The position numbers and the translations under genes were made by a program. Source: Dehalococcoidia bacterium (lineage in GTDB: Bacteria > Chloroflexota > Dehalococcoidia > Lucifugimonadales > Australimonadaceae). From it: a stretch of 64,000 bases of DNA. The stretch is taken from contig DAOUJX010000060.1 in assembly GCA_034422075.1 (NCBI GenBank), positions 5,515 through 69,514 on the forward strand, given 5' to 3'. How positions within the stretch are numbered: the first letter of the stretch is position 1; the number at the start of each line of letters is the position of its first letter. Below the pieces are notes generated by a model, which saw only the letters and a list, made by a program, of their open reading frames with translations, had not been told where the DNA came from and did not search any database. Below, in pieces: positions 46,406 through 55,310 of this stretch.

Positions 46406-47968
46406 GTGACAGCGCGGCAGGATTCCTCAGACGAGGACAGCGTGGCCGATTTCGAGCGTGAGCTAGCGATGCTGCTCGATTGCCTCCCTCAGCGCCTTGC
46501 CGACGCGGTCGCACGCGAGCAAGGCGACGACGACTTGCTCGAGGTAGTCCTCGACCTGGGTCGCCTGCCGGAGGCGCGCTTTGCTGGACGAGCGGTCGCG
46601 CTGGCCGATGATGAGGTGACGGAGGCCGACCTAGAGCACGTGACGGTGCTCGTGGGGGAGTTTGGCGGCGACAACCGCGCCGGGCTTGAGCGCACGCTCC
46701 ACCGCATCTCAGCCATCCGCAACCGCAGCGGCGCCGTTGTCGGCCTCACCTGCCGCGTCGGGCGCGCCGTCCATGGCTCCGCCGGAGCCATCGAGGACAT
46801 CATCCTCTCCGGCAAGAGCGTGCTGCTCGTCGGGCGTCCCGGAGTTGGCAAGACGACGATGTTGCGCGAGACGGCGAGGGTCCTCGCCGACAAGCGCGTC
46901 ATCATCGTCGATACGTCTAACGAGATTGCGGGTGACGGCGACATCCCGCATCCCGCCATCGGGCGTGCCCGCCGCCTGCAGGTGGCCATGCCGTCGCGCC
47001 AGCACGCCGTGATGATCGAGGCGGTGGAAAACCACATGCCTGAGGTCATCATCATCGACGAGATGGGGACGGAGGCGGAGGCACTAGCAGCGCGAACCAT
47101 CGCCGAACGGGGGGTGCAACTCATCGCCACAGCGCACGGCAACACCCTCGAGAACCTGCTCGCCAACCCCACGCTCTCCGACCTCGTCGGCGGCGTCCAC
47201 ACCGTCACGCTGAGCGACGAGGAAGCGCGGCGGCGGCGCACGCAAAAGACGGTGTTGGAGCGCCGCGCCCCGCCTACGTTCGACGCGCTGGCCGAGATTC
47301 AGAGCTGGGCGCGCGTTGCCGTCCACCACGACGTCGCCCAGACCGTCGACCGCGTGCTGCGGGGGCAGACGGCGATGCCAGAGATACGCACACTCATGCC
47401 CGACGGGGCCATCGAACGCAGCCACGCCGCTGCTCCGAAGAACGCGCCACCTGCTTCCGCTATGCAGGTGCGTGAGCCGAACGGCGACACACCGGGGCAG
47501 GCGAGTCGCACGCTGCGCGTCTTCCCCTTTGGCGTCAGCACCGATCGCCTAGCATCGGAGGGGCGCATGTCCGGCTTGAGCGTCGTGACCGTGGATGCGC
47601 CGGATAGTGCGGACGTGGTCGTCACCACGAAGGCGCACTACCGGCGGCGGCCCCGGCCCATTCTCGCTGCCGAAGGGTTGGGCAAGCCCGTCTACGTGCT
47701 ACGGCGCAACACCCTCGACCAGATTCGCTACTTCCTGCGCAGCCTCGCCGACCTGGACACGACCACCGACGATGCGACGGTCGCCGAGGCAGTTTCGGAA
47801 GCAGAGGCAGGCATTGAGCGCATCTCAAGGGGTGAGCACTCGGTCGAACTCGCCCCGCAAAGCGCGTTCGTGCGGCGCATTCAGCATCGTGTGGCGGAAC
47901 GCGCGCGGCGGCGCTCCGTCAGCGTCGGGCGCGAGCCGGAGCGTCGCGTTACCATCCTGGAAAGCTGA
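46406..47968 (+). CDS. AAA ATPase with C-terminal R3H-like region (Ycf45/SpoIIIAA-like)
   Basis: Walker A GRPGVGKTT, Walker B IIIDEMG and ATAHG. AAGGAGG upstream of the GTG start. Confidence 0.75.
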   Translation: MTARQDSSDEDSVADFERELAMLLDCLPQRLADAVAREQGDDDLLEVVLDLGRLPEARFAGRAVALADDEVTEADLEHVTVLVGEFGGDNRAGLERTLHRISAIRNRSGAVVGLTCRVGRAVHGSAGAIEDIILSGKSVLLVGRPGVGKTTMLRETARVLADKRVIIVDTSNEIAGDGDIPHPAIGRARRLQVAMPSRQHAVMIEAVENHMPEVIIIDEMGTEAEALAARTIAERGVQLIATAHGNTLENLLANPTLSDLVGGVHTVTLSDEEARRRRTQKTVLERRAPPTFDALAEIQSWARVAVHHDVAQTVDRVLRGQTAMPEIRTLMPDGAIERSHAAAPKNAPPASAMQVREPNGDTPGQASRTLRVFPFGVSTDRLASEGRMSGLSVVTVDAPDSADVVVTTKAHYRRRPRPILAAEGLGKPVYVLRRNTLDQIRYFLRSLADLDTTTDDATVAEAVSEAEAGIERISRGEHSVELAPQSAFVRRIQHRVAERARRRSVSVGREPERRVTILES

Positions 47969-47976
47969 GCGGCCCC

Positions 47977-48597
47977 CTGTTCATCTCCTTTGAAGGCGGC
48001 GACGGCGTTGGCAAGAGCACTCAAGTCGAGTTGCTCGCCGCCCGGCTGCGCGCCCAGGGGCGCCGCATCGTCGTCGTCCACGAGCCGGGCGGCACGGAGC
48101 TGGGCGAATATCTGCGCGCCTGGCTGAAGGACGGGGCTCGCCCGCTGACGCCAGAGGCGGAGTTGCTGCTCTTTGCGGCTGCGCGCACAGAGGTGGTGCG
48201 CCGCGTCATCGCCCCCGCGCTAGCCGACGGCACCACCGTCATCGCCGACCGCTACGCCGATTCGACCCGCGTCTACCAAGGTAGCGGACGCGGTATCGCC
48301 ACCCGCCACGTCAAAGCTGCGCTCCGCATCGCCACGGGCGGTCTCGAGCCCTCGCTTACCATCCTGCTTGATCTCGACCCTCGTGAGGCGCAAGCCCGCG
48401 CCGCTACCCGCGATGCATCGATCGTGCGCCGTAGATTCGAGGATGCGGGGCTGGGTTTCCATCGCCGCATCCGGCGCGCCTTTCTGCGCCTCGCTGCCGC
48501 CGACCCTGTACGCTGGCGCGTCGTCTCTGCCGAGCTCCCCGAGTCAGAGGTGGCGGAGGCCGTGTGGAACGCTGTGCGGGAGCGGCTCACGCCCTAG
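47977..48597 (+). CDS. tmk: Thymidylate kinase
   Basis: P-loop FISFEGGDGVGKST lies upstream of the first ATG/GTG/TTG (48031). A CTG start at 47977 (or 47965) is inferred. Confidence 0.8.
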   Translation: MFISFEGGDGVGKSTQVELLAARLRAQGRRIVVVHEPGGTELGEYLRAWLKDGARPLTPEAELLLFAAARTEVVRRVIAPALADGTTVIADRYADSTRVYQGSGRGIATRHVKAALRIATGGLEPSLTILLDLDPREAQARAATRDASIVRRRFEDAGLGFHRRIRRAFLRLAAADPVRWRVVSAELPESEVAEAVWNAVRERLTP

Positions 48598-49276
48598 CGC
48601 CCAGCGGGGATTTGGCCGGCATGCCGGCACGCCTCGGGTACGCAGTCGGCGTTGCGCGGGCCTTCTCTACCAGCACGAGGTGGCGGGCGCGGAGACCAGG
48701 GACGAGAGCACGCTCTACGCTAAGTAGGCGGCCGCCCAGCCGCTCCAGCGCAACCCCAGCGTCCTGCGACGCCCGTGCGTCTGCGCCGCGGTAGGCAATG
48801 GCCAGCCCGCCCACTCGCACGAACGGCAGCGTCAACTCCAGCACCGTAGGCAGTGGACCGAGGGCGCGCGCCGTCGCAACGTCGAACCGTTCGCGGTAGG
48901 CATCGCGGTGCGCCACGGCCTCTGCACGCTCAGCCAGCACATCGGCGCCCGCCAGCGCGAGTGCGCCCAACGCCTCGACTAGGAACGCGGCCTTCTTGGC
49001 CGTAGCCTCGACAAGCGTGAGCGTCCAGGCGGGACACGCGATCTTCAGCGCCAGCCCCGGCAGCCCGGCGCCTGAGCCCACGTCAATGATGCGCGAGGCA
49101 TCCGGCACCCGCCGCTCGATGGCGGGCAGTGCGGCGAGCGAGTCGAGCACGTGTGAGCGCCAGAAATCGTCCAAGGCGGCACGCGAGGTCAGGTTGAGGC
49201 GCGCGTTCCATTCGGTAAGTTGGTCATGAAACGCCGCAAACTCCCCTACCTGCGCATTGCTCAACTGCACCCCCAT
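48587..49276 (-). CDS. rsmG: 16S rRNA (guanine527-N7)-methyltransferase RsmG
   Basis: LTEWNARLNLTS and SAM motif IDVGSGAGLPGL. Start at the internal ATG at 49276. Confidence 0.85.
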   Translation of the reverse strand: MGVQLSNAQVGEFAAFHDQLTEWNARLNLTSRAALDDFWRSHVLDSLAALPAIERRVPDASRIIDVGSGAGLPGLALKIACPAWTLTLVEATAKKAAFLVEALGALALAGADVLAERAEAVAHRDAYRERFDVATARALGPLPTVLELTLPFVRVGGLAIAYRGADARASQDAGVALERLGGRLLSVERALVPGLRARHLVLVEKARATPTAYPRRAGMPAKSPLGARA

Positions 49277-49408
49277 ACGGGCGGCATCGGAGGCGAATGA
49301 GGAAGGAGGCGTGCTCACAAGCGCGCATCCTAGCAATGGCAGCCACCCGTTGGTATCATCTCGACGGCCGTCGCACCGGAAGAAGTATCGCCGCGACGCG
49401 GAGGGGTT

Positions 49409-49654
49409 ATGGCGAACACACGCGCATTCCTGCTTATCGAAACGCAGGTTGGCAAGACCAAGGATGTTGTTGCCGGCCTCTCTGGCATAGACGAAGTCGT
49501 CTCGGTTGACGTCGTAACCGGCCCGTACGATGTCATCGCCACGATCGAGGCGCCCGACCTCAGCTCCATAGGCGATGTCGTCACCAGCCGCGTCCACGGC
49601 ATCGGCGGCATTGGGCGCACGGTCACCTGCCTCGCCGTCGGCGACGGCGCGTAG
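49409..49654 (+). CDS. Stand-alone Lrp/AsnC ligand-binding (RAM) domain protein
   Basis: 81 aa: AFLLIETQVGK...VTGPYDVIATIEA pattern. Confidence 0.7.
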   Translation: MANTRAFLLIETQVGKTKDVVAGLSGIDEVVSVDVVTGPYDVIATIEAPDLSSIGDVVTSRVHGIGGIGRTVTCLAVGDGA

Positions 49655-49658
49655 CACT

Positions 49659-50006
49659 GTGCCGGAGGACGACTGCATCTTCTGCAAGATCGCCGCTGGC
49701 CACGTGCCCTCCCAGAAGGTCTACGAGGACGGCGAGGTGGTCGCCTTTCCCGATATCCATCCCTTAGCGCCCGTCCATCTGCTCGTCATCCCACGGCGGC
49801 ATGTCGGCGCGCTTGCCGACGCCGATGGCGATTCGCGCGCCCTTGCGGGACGCTGCTTTGCTGCGGCGGTCGAGGTTGCATACGCCGCTGGTCTTGCCGA
49901 GGGCGGCTACCGCCTCGTTGCCAACCAGGGCGCCAATGCAGGACAAGAGGTAGCACACCTCCACATTCACGTCCTCGGCGGTCGGTCACTCGGCAGTCTC
50001 GGCTAG
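49659..50006 (+). CDS. HIT-family nucleotide hydrolase
   Basis: CIFCKI zinc-like motif and histidine triad HLHIHVLGG. GTG start at 49659. Confidence 0.9.
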   Translation: MPEDDCIFCKIAAGHVPSQKVYEDGEVVAFPDIHPLAPVHLLVIPRRHVGALADADGDSRALAGRCFAAAVEVAYAAGLAEGGYRLVANQGANAGQEVAHLHIHVLGGRSLGSLG

Positions 50007-50008
50007 TC

Positions 50009-50596
50009 ATGGCGCTCAGCAGCGGCCTGCCCGCTCCCCTTCAATCCCGTCTTGCCGCACTTCCCGCCGGGCTGCGCGACCATATCGAACGCGTGCGCTC
50101 AATCGCCCGCTCACTCGCCGCAACGCACGGCGCCGATGCGGTAGTTGCCGACCTGACGGCAGCCGCCCACGACGTTGCGCGCCACCTGCCGGGCGCGCAC
50201 CTGGTCGAGGAGGCAGAGCGGTTGGGGCTGGCTGTGAGCGACTTGGAGCGCCGGCACCCCGTCCTGCTTCACGGTCCCGTCGGCGCAGCATGGCTGCGCA
50301 ACGACGGCGCTATCGATGACCCCGAGGTGTTGGAGGGCGTCCACTGGCACACCACCGGCCATCCCGCTCTTGCACCGGTAGGCCGGGTCGTCTTCCTCGC
50401 AGACAAACTCGACCCCGCGAAGGCGCAAGCCTACCCCTATCAGGAAGAGGTACGCGAGCGCGCATTCGCCAGTCTTGAAGAAGGCATGCTCGCCTTCCTC
50501 GAGGGAGCGCTGCGCCAACACCTAGAGGACGGGGGCGTCGTCCACCCCGCCGCCAACGACACGCGCAACGCCCTGCTACTGGGCATGGCGTGCTAG
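50009..50596 (+). CDS. yqeK: HD-domain phosphohydrolase YqeK-like
   Basis: HxxRV...HD...H..TG...ADKL pattern typical of YqeK. Confidence 0.75.
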   Translation: MALSSGLPAPLQSRLAALPAGLRDHIERVRSIARSLAATHGADAVVADLTAAAHDVARHLPGAHLVEEAERLGLAVSDLERRHPVLLHGPVGAAWLRNDGAIDDPEVLEGVHWHTTGHPALAPVGRVVFLADKLDPAKAQAYPYQEEVRERAFASLEEGMLAFLEGALRQHLEDGGVVHPAANDTRNALLLGMAC

Positions 50597-50615
50597 GCGC
50601 GGTAGCCGATAGCCG

Positions 50616-51245
50616 CTACTCCTTGTGCGCCCCCCAGCGGTTCCAGTGCGCCACTTCTGACACCGGACGCCGCGTCGTCGAGCCATAGCGCTCCTTGTCC
50701 GGGTAGCCCACCGGCAGCGTCGCCATCAAGTCGACGTTGTCGGGCACGCCGAGCAACTCTCGTATCTCATCTTCGTGGCTGAGGCCGAGCATCGTGAGCA
50801 CGGAGCCGATGCCGAGACCGCGTGCGGCAAGCAGCATGTTCTGCACCGCCGGGTAGATGGACGACCCTGCCATAGGGCTGGTCGGCTTGGGCGAACCCTC
50901 CGGGCGGACGTTGCACGGGAAGATGATGGCCGGCACCTTTTCGAACGTCTCAACGAGCGGCTTGAGGCGCGGGAAGGGCATCTCATCGCCCGGCTGCATA
51001 CGCGCCAGCGCCTGCTCGTACATGTGACCGAACTGCTCCTTGGCCAACTCGGCGATGCGGCCGATCAAGGCGGGGTCGGTAACGACGATGAACGACCACA
51101 TCTGGCGGTTGCCGCCACTGGGCGCCTTGGTGCCCGCCTCGACGATGCGGCGCAGCACGTCGTCCGGCACCGGATCCGGTTTTAGCGAGCGAATCGCCCG
51201 CTGGGAGTAGAGCGCCTCAAAAAGCCCTATCTCTTGCTCAGCCAC
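50616..51245 (-). CDS. Nitroreductase-family protein
   Basis: QRAIRSL...APSGGNRQMW motif. The GTG at 51245 has AGGAGG 6 nt upstream. Confidence 0.85.
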   Translation of the reverse strand: MAEQEIGLFEALYSQRAIRSLKPDPVPDDVLRRIVEAGTKAPSGGNRQMWSFIVVTDPALIGRIAELAKEQFGHMYEQALARMQPGDEMPFPRLKPLVETFEKVPAIIFPCNVRPEGSPKPTSPMAGSSIYPAVQNMLLAARGLGIGSVLTMLGLSHEDEIRELLGVPDNVDLMATLPVGYPDKERYGSTTRRPVSEVAHWNRWGAHKE

Positions 51246-51306
51246 GTAAAGCCTCCTAGGGAATACCAGCCTCTGCGCACAGTTTAGCGCGCGGGGCGAA
51301 AAGGGG

Positions 51307-52998
51307 TTAGGGCACCATCGCACGCACCAGCTCCGCCACATCGTCCGGAGCGGCGGTTTGGGTGGCACCGTCAAGACGGTGGCGCAGCTCGACGACGCCA
51401 TCGCGCAGGTTGCGCGGGCTGACGACTAAGCGCACGGGCAGGCCGATGAGATCGGCGTCGTTGAACTTGACTCCTGGCGACTCCTCGCGGTCATCGTAGA
51501 GCACGTCGAGACCGGCATCGCGCAATCGGGCGTACAAGTGCTCGGCGGCCTCGCGCACCTGCGGCTGTTCGACGTTCAGCGCGACGAGGTGCGCGTCGTA
51601 AGGCGCGATGGGCGCTGGGAAGACGATGCCGCGCTCATCGTGGTTCTGCTCAATTGCGGCGGCAAGGACGCGCGAGACGCCAATGCCGTAGCAGCCCATG
51701 ACGACGGGCTGAAGCGCACCCCGCTCGTCGGTGAAATCGGCGCCGAGCGCCTCAGAGTAGAAGGTGCCGAGCTTGAAGACATGGCCGACCTCGATGCCGC
51801 GCACGGCCTTGAGCGTGCCGCCGCCTGGCGCGCCGTGCCCCTCTTGCGCCGTCGCGATGTCAACGACCTCGTCCACGCTGAAGTCGCGCGGGTAGTTGGC
51901 GTTGCGATAGTGCTTGCCCTTGACATTGGCGCCGACTGCAAAGTTTGCCCCTTGGAGCACCGACCTATCGCCGAGCGTGCGCACGCCGCTCAGGCCTATG
52001 GGCGAGCAGTAGCCTGCAAGCAGCCCCGCCTCGCGCGATTCCTCCTCCGTCGCCAAGCGCAACTCGTTGGCGCGCAAATGGTTCTTGAGCTTGACCTCAT
52101 TCACCTCCAGGTCGCCGCGGATGGTCACGAGGAGCGTGGTATCGTCAGCACGGTAGAACACGGCCTTGAGCGTCTGTGCCTGCGAGATGTGCAGGAATTC
52201 TGCGAGTGCGGCGATGGTCTGCACACCCGGCGTGTCGACCACTTCGAGCACCAGCGGCTCGCCCTCCGGCGCCTTGGGCGGTACGGACACCGCGCGCTCC
52301 ACGTTGGCCGCATAGCCCGTTTCCTCGCATACCAGCACGACGTCCTCGCCGTTTTCGGCAGGCATGATGAACTCGTGGGAGTCCTTGCCGCCGATGGCGC
52401 CGCTGTCGGCCTCGACCGCAATCGTCGGCAGCCCGCAGCGGCGGAAGATGTTGCGGTAGGCCTCGGCAACACGGTCGTAGGAGGCGTCCAGACCCTCGGT
52501 GTCGGCGTCGAAGGAGTAGGCGTCCTTCATGTCGAACTCGCGCCCCCGCAGCAAACCCGCGCGGGGGCGCGGCTCGTCGCGGAACTTCGTCTGTATCTGG
52601 TAGATGAGCAACGGGAGGTCGCGGTAGGAGGAGGCGTTGACCTTGACGATGCTGCTCACCACCTCTTCGTGCGTCGGAGCGAGGACGAGGGGCCGCTCGC
52701 GCCTGTCGTAGAGGCGAAAGAGGATGGGGCCAACGGATGCGTCGCGCCCTGTCGCTTGCCAGAGTTCGAGGGGTTGGAGCGCCGGCATGCGCACCTCTTG
52801 GCCGCCCGCGGCGTCCATCTCCTCGCGGATGATGCGCTCTATCTTGTGGAGCGAGCGAAGGGCGAGGGGAAGGTACGAGTACACACCGGTGGCGACCTGC
52901 TGCATCATGCCCGCGCGCAGCATCAGGCGATGGCTGATGGTCTCTGCCTCGCCCGGCTCCTCGCGCAGCGTCTTGGAGAGCAGCCGCGATACGCGCAT
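51307..52998 (-). CDS. proS: Prolyl-tRNA synthetase (bacterial type with editing insertion)
   Basis: Class II motifs, an INS domain and a C-terminal anticodon-binding domain. 563 aa. Confidence 0.95.
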   Translation of the reverse strand: MRVSRLLSKTLREEPGEAETISHRLMLRAGMMQQVATGVYSYLPLALRSLHKIERIIREEMDAAGGQEVRMPALQPLELWQATGRDASVGPILFRLYDRRERPLVLAPTHEEVVSSIVKVNASSYRDLPLLIYQIQTKFRDEPRPRAGLLRGREFDMKDAYSFDADTEGLDASYDRVAEAYRNIFRRCGLPTIAVEADSGAIGGKDSHEFIMPAENGEDVVLVCEETGYAANVERAVSVPPKAPEGEPLVLEVVDTPGVQTIAALAEFLHISQAQTLKAVFYRADDTTLLVTIRGDLEVNEVKLKNHLRANELRLATEEESREAGLLAGYCSPIGLSGVRTLGDRSVLQGANFAVGANVKGKHYRNANYPRDFSVDEVVDIATAQEGHGAPGGGTLKAVRGIEVGHVFKLGTFYSEALGADFTDERGALQPVVMGCYGIGVSRVLAAAIEQNHDERGIVFPAPIAPYDAHLVALNVEQPQVREAAEHLYARLRDAGLDVLYDDREESPGVKFNDADLIGLPVRLVVSPRNLRDGVVELRHRLDGATQTAAPDDVAELVRAMVP

Positions 52999-53001
52999 TG
53001 G

Positions 53002-53631
53002 CTAGTGCATCGGTGAGAACTCGGCGGGAATCAGCACCTTGTTCTCCTGGCGCAGCATCCATCCAGTGGTCGAGGGCTGCGGAGGCCAGTGCTCCTCCTT
53101 CGCCGCCGAATCCGCCCGCAAGCGGGTACGCTCGTCCAGGCTGTCGTAGGGCCACATGTGGTAGAGCTTGTTGAGATTGGAGGCGTTGGTCCACAGACCG
53201 GCGAGCGGCGAGTACTTCTCGCGCGCTTCCGCTGCCTTCTCCCACCGCTTGACCACCTCGCCGATGGTGCCGGGCATGTAGGTGTAGGTGCGCAACTCGT
53301 AGTAGTTGCCGAGCTTCTGCGGCCCTGTCCATTCGCGCATCCACGGGGTCGACGCGAGCAGCTCCGACTCCATGGAGAGGATCATGTCGCCCCCCCCGGG
53401 AGGCCACTTGCCCGACGTGTCGGCGGCGAGCGCCTTGCGCGTGCTTTCGATGTGGGCAAGGCTGTCGTAGGGCCAAATGTGGATGACCTGGTTCAGGATG
53501 CCAACCTCGGTGTGCCAGAAGCCGCCGAGGCGCGAGTACTGCTCGCGCACCGCGAGCGCCTCGCCGAAGAACTTCTCGTACTCAGGCACGGAGCCCGGCT
53601 TGAGCGTATAGGTGCGCAGGTCGTAGATCAT
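53002..53631 (-). CDS. NIPSNAP-domain protein (two repeats)
   Basis: Duplicated YELRTYT...WPY(D)SL pattern. Start at the ATG at 53631. Confidence 0.8.
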   Translation of the reverse strand: MIYDLRTYTLKPGSVPEYEKFFGEALAVREQYSRLGGFWHTEVGILNQVIHIWPYDSLAHIESTRKALAADTSGKWPPGGGDMILSMESELLASTPWMREWTGPQKLGNYYELRTYTYMPGTIGEVVKRWEKAAEAREKYSPLAGLWTNASNLNKLYHMWPYDSLDERTRLRADSAAKEEHWPPQPSTTGWMLRQENKVLIPAEFSPMH

Positions 53632-53700
53632 GGCGCGCTCCAGCGGAAGGGTCGGGGCGTAGGCTAGTGCGCGGACGCGCATGCGTCAAACGTACGAGCC

Positions 53701-54414
53701 CTAGCCGCCGTCCGCGCTGAGCGAGAGAAGAACCTCCGTATGCACCTCGTCGGCGAGGCTGACGACGATGCGGGCGCTGGGGACGGGCAAGCTAAGTTGT
53801 GCCCACGTCCACGTCGTGCGGCCCACCACGAATACCACCTTGCCGTCGTCCCGCGCCTCAACGTCGAAGGTCAGCGGCGTCTCTATGCCCTTGATCGTTA
53901 GCGTGCCCTCCACCTGCGCCGTCACCTCTTCGCCCTCCCCAAAGCCTGCGGGCAACGGTGTCAAGTCGCCGAAGCTTATCGTCGCGTAGCGATCGCTGGG
54001 GAACATGACGGAGCGAATGTAGCGGTCGCGATTCGTCTGGTCGCTCGTCATGCTGTGCAGGTCGATGGTGATCTCCGAGGCGGCCCCATCGAGCCGCACC
54101 TCGCCGCTGAGGCCCTCCGTACGGATGACAGCGTCGAATGGCAGCGGCACCGTCGTCAACTCTTCACGAACGGTGAAGGTGGCCTCCGAGCCATCGCCGA
54201 CATTGAAAACAACACCCTCGACCTGCCCCATTGTGCGGGGCGCAGGGGGCGCGGCGGTAGGCGTATCGGCGGGCACGAGGCGCGTGGGGGTCGGGGTGGG
54301 CGCGGGGGCGGTTGGCGTCGGCGTGGGGTCGCCGCCACATGCCGCCACGGCCAGCAATATGGCTGAGACGACGGCAGCGCTGAACAGGCACGCGATCCTC
54401 GGCAGTGGTCGCAT
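53701..54414 (-). CDS. YceI-like lipoprotein
   Basis: Lipobox LLAVAAC-G, PT linker, and YceI pattern (SDQTNRDRYI, GTLTIKGIETPLTF). Confidence 0.8.
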   Translation of the reverse strand: MRPLPRIACLFSAAVVSAILLAVAACGGDPTPTPTAPAPTPTPTRLVPADTPTAAPPAPRTMGQVEGVVFNVGDGSEATFTVREELTTVPLPFDAVIRTEGLSGEVRLDGAASEITIDLHSMTSDQTNRDRYIRSVMFPSDRYATISFGDLTPLPAGFGEGEEVTAQVEGTLTIKGIETPLTFDVEARDDGKVVFVVGRTTWTWAQLSLPVPSARIVVSLADEVHTEVLLSLSADGG

Positions 54415-54426
54415 CGATTCGCTCCC

Positions 54427-54912
54427 TTACGCCTGTCCCGCGAGCGTAACGCTCGAGCGGGGAGGCAGTTCCAATCGTCCGCTCTCGGTGTCGCCGTGCC
54501 GTGCCAAGCCTGTTCCGACAGCAACTGCGACGAGCAGCGCCGCGAGCACCACCAGCCTGCGCTCGGCGACGGCGGCGCCCGACACGTAGGGCGTCAGCAG
54601 CGCCAGCGAGCCAAATGCGAGCGCGGCGATGGGAACGGTAAACGAAATCATACGCTCCAACTGGCCCTCCAGGGCAACTGCAATGAGCACCCAGACGATG
54701 AAGCCGAGCAGATGGCCGCCGGCAAACCAGCGCAGCGAGTGGGGGCGCGCCCAAGCCCACTGCCTCCACGCGCCGCTGGCGACGGAAAGCGCAAGCACTC
54801 CTGCAACGACACTGGCAGTGTTGAAGAGCGCGTCTGAGGGCGAGCGCAAGGGGAGCGACAGCAAGGCCGCCGCCACCGCCACAAGCCCGCCTACCAAGAG
54901 AGACGCATTCAT
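54427..54912 (-). CDS. Hypothetical integral membrane protein
   Basis: 161 aa with about 5 hydrophobic helices. Confidence 0.5.
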   Translation of the reverse strand: MNASLLVGGLVAVAAALLSLPLRSPSDALFNTASVVAGVLALSVASGAWRQWAWARPHSLRWFAGGHLLGFIVWVLIAVALEGQLERMISFTVPIAALAFGSLALLTPYVSGAAVAERRLVVLAALLVAVAVGTGLARHGDTESGRLELPPRSSVTLAGQA

Positions 54913-54964
54913 CCGCGCGCTACCCCATGTTGACAGGCCAGTGCAGCGGAGGACGGAGGGATGG

Positions 54965-55213
54965 CTACTGCGCCTTGTCCAGGCGCTTCATGAGCCGCGA
55001 CTTGCGGCGTGCCGCGTTGTTGCGGTGGACGATGCCCTTGCTCGCAGCGCGGTCAAGAGCGGAAGACGCTGCCTGCACGACGGTGGATGCGGCCTCGTTG
55101 CCGGCCTCGATCGCGGCCAGCGCCTTCTTGACCGCCGTGCGCGTGCCGGAGCGGAACTTTCGATTGACGAGGCGCTTGCGCTCTTGCACACGCGCCGCCT
55201 TTCTTGCGGGCAC
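54965..55213 (-). CDS. rpsT: 30S ribosomal protein S20
   Basis: Basic 82-aa protein with KRLVNRKFRSGTRTAVKK...HRNNAARRKSRL. The GTG at 55213 has AGGAGA upstream. Confidence 0.9.
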   Translation of the reverse strand: MPARKAARVQERKRLVNRKFRSGTRTAVKKALAAIEAGNEAASTVVQAASSALDRAASKGIVHRNNAARRKSRLMKRLDKAQ

Positions 55214-55310
55214 TGCTGATTTCTCCTTGCCGAATGTGCAACGCCCATTATAGGGCATATGGAAGGGCCCCCGCGCCAACCCCCTCCAAGAGCGGAGGCT
55301 GCACTCTTGC

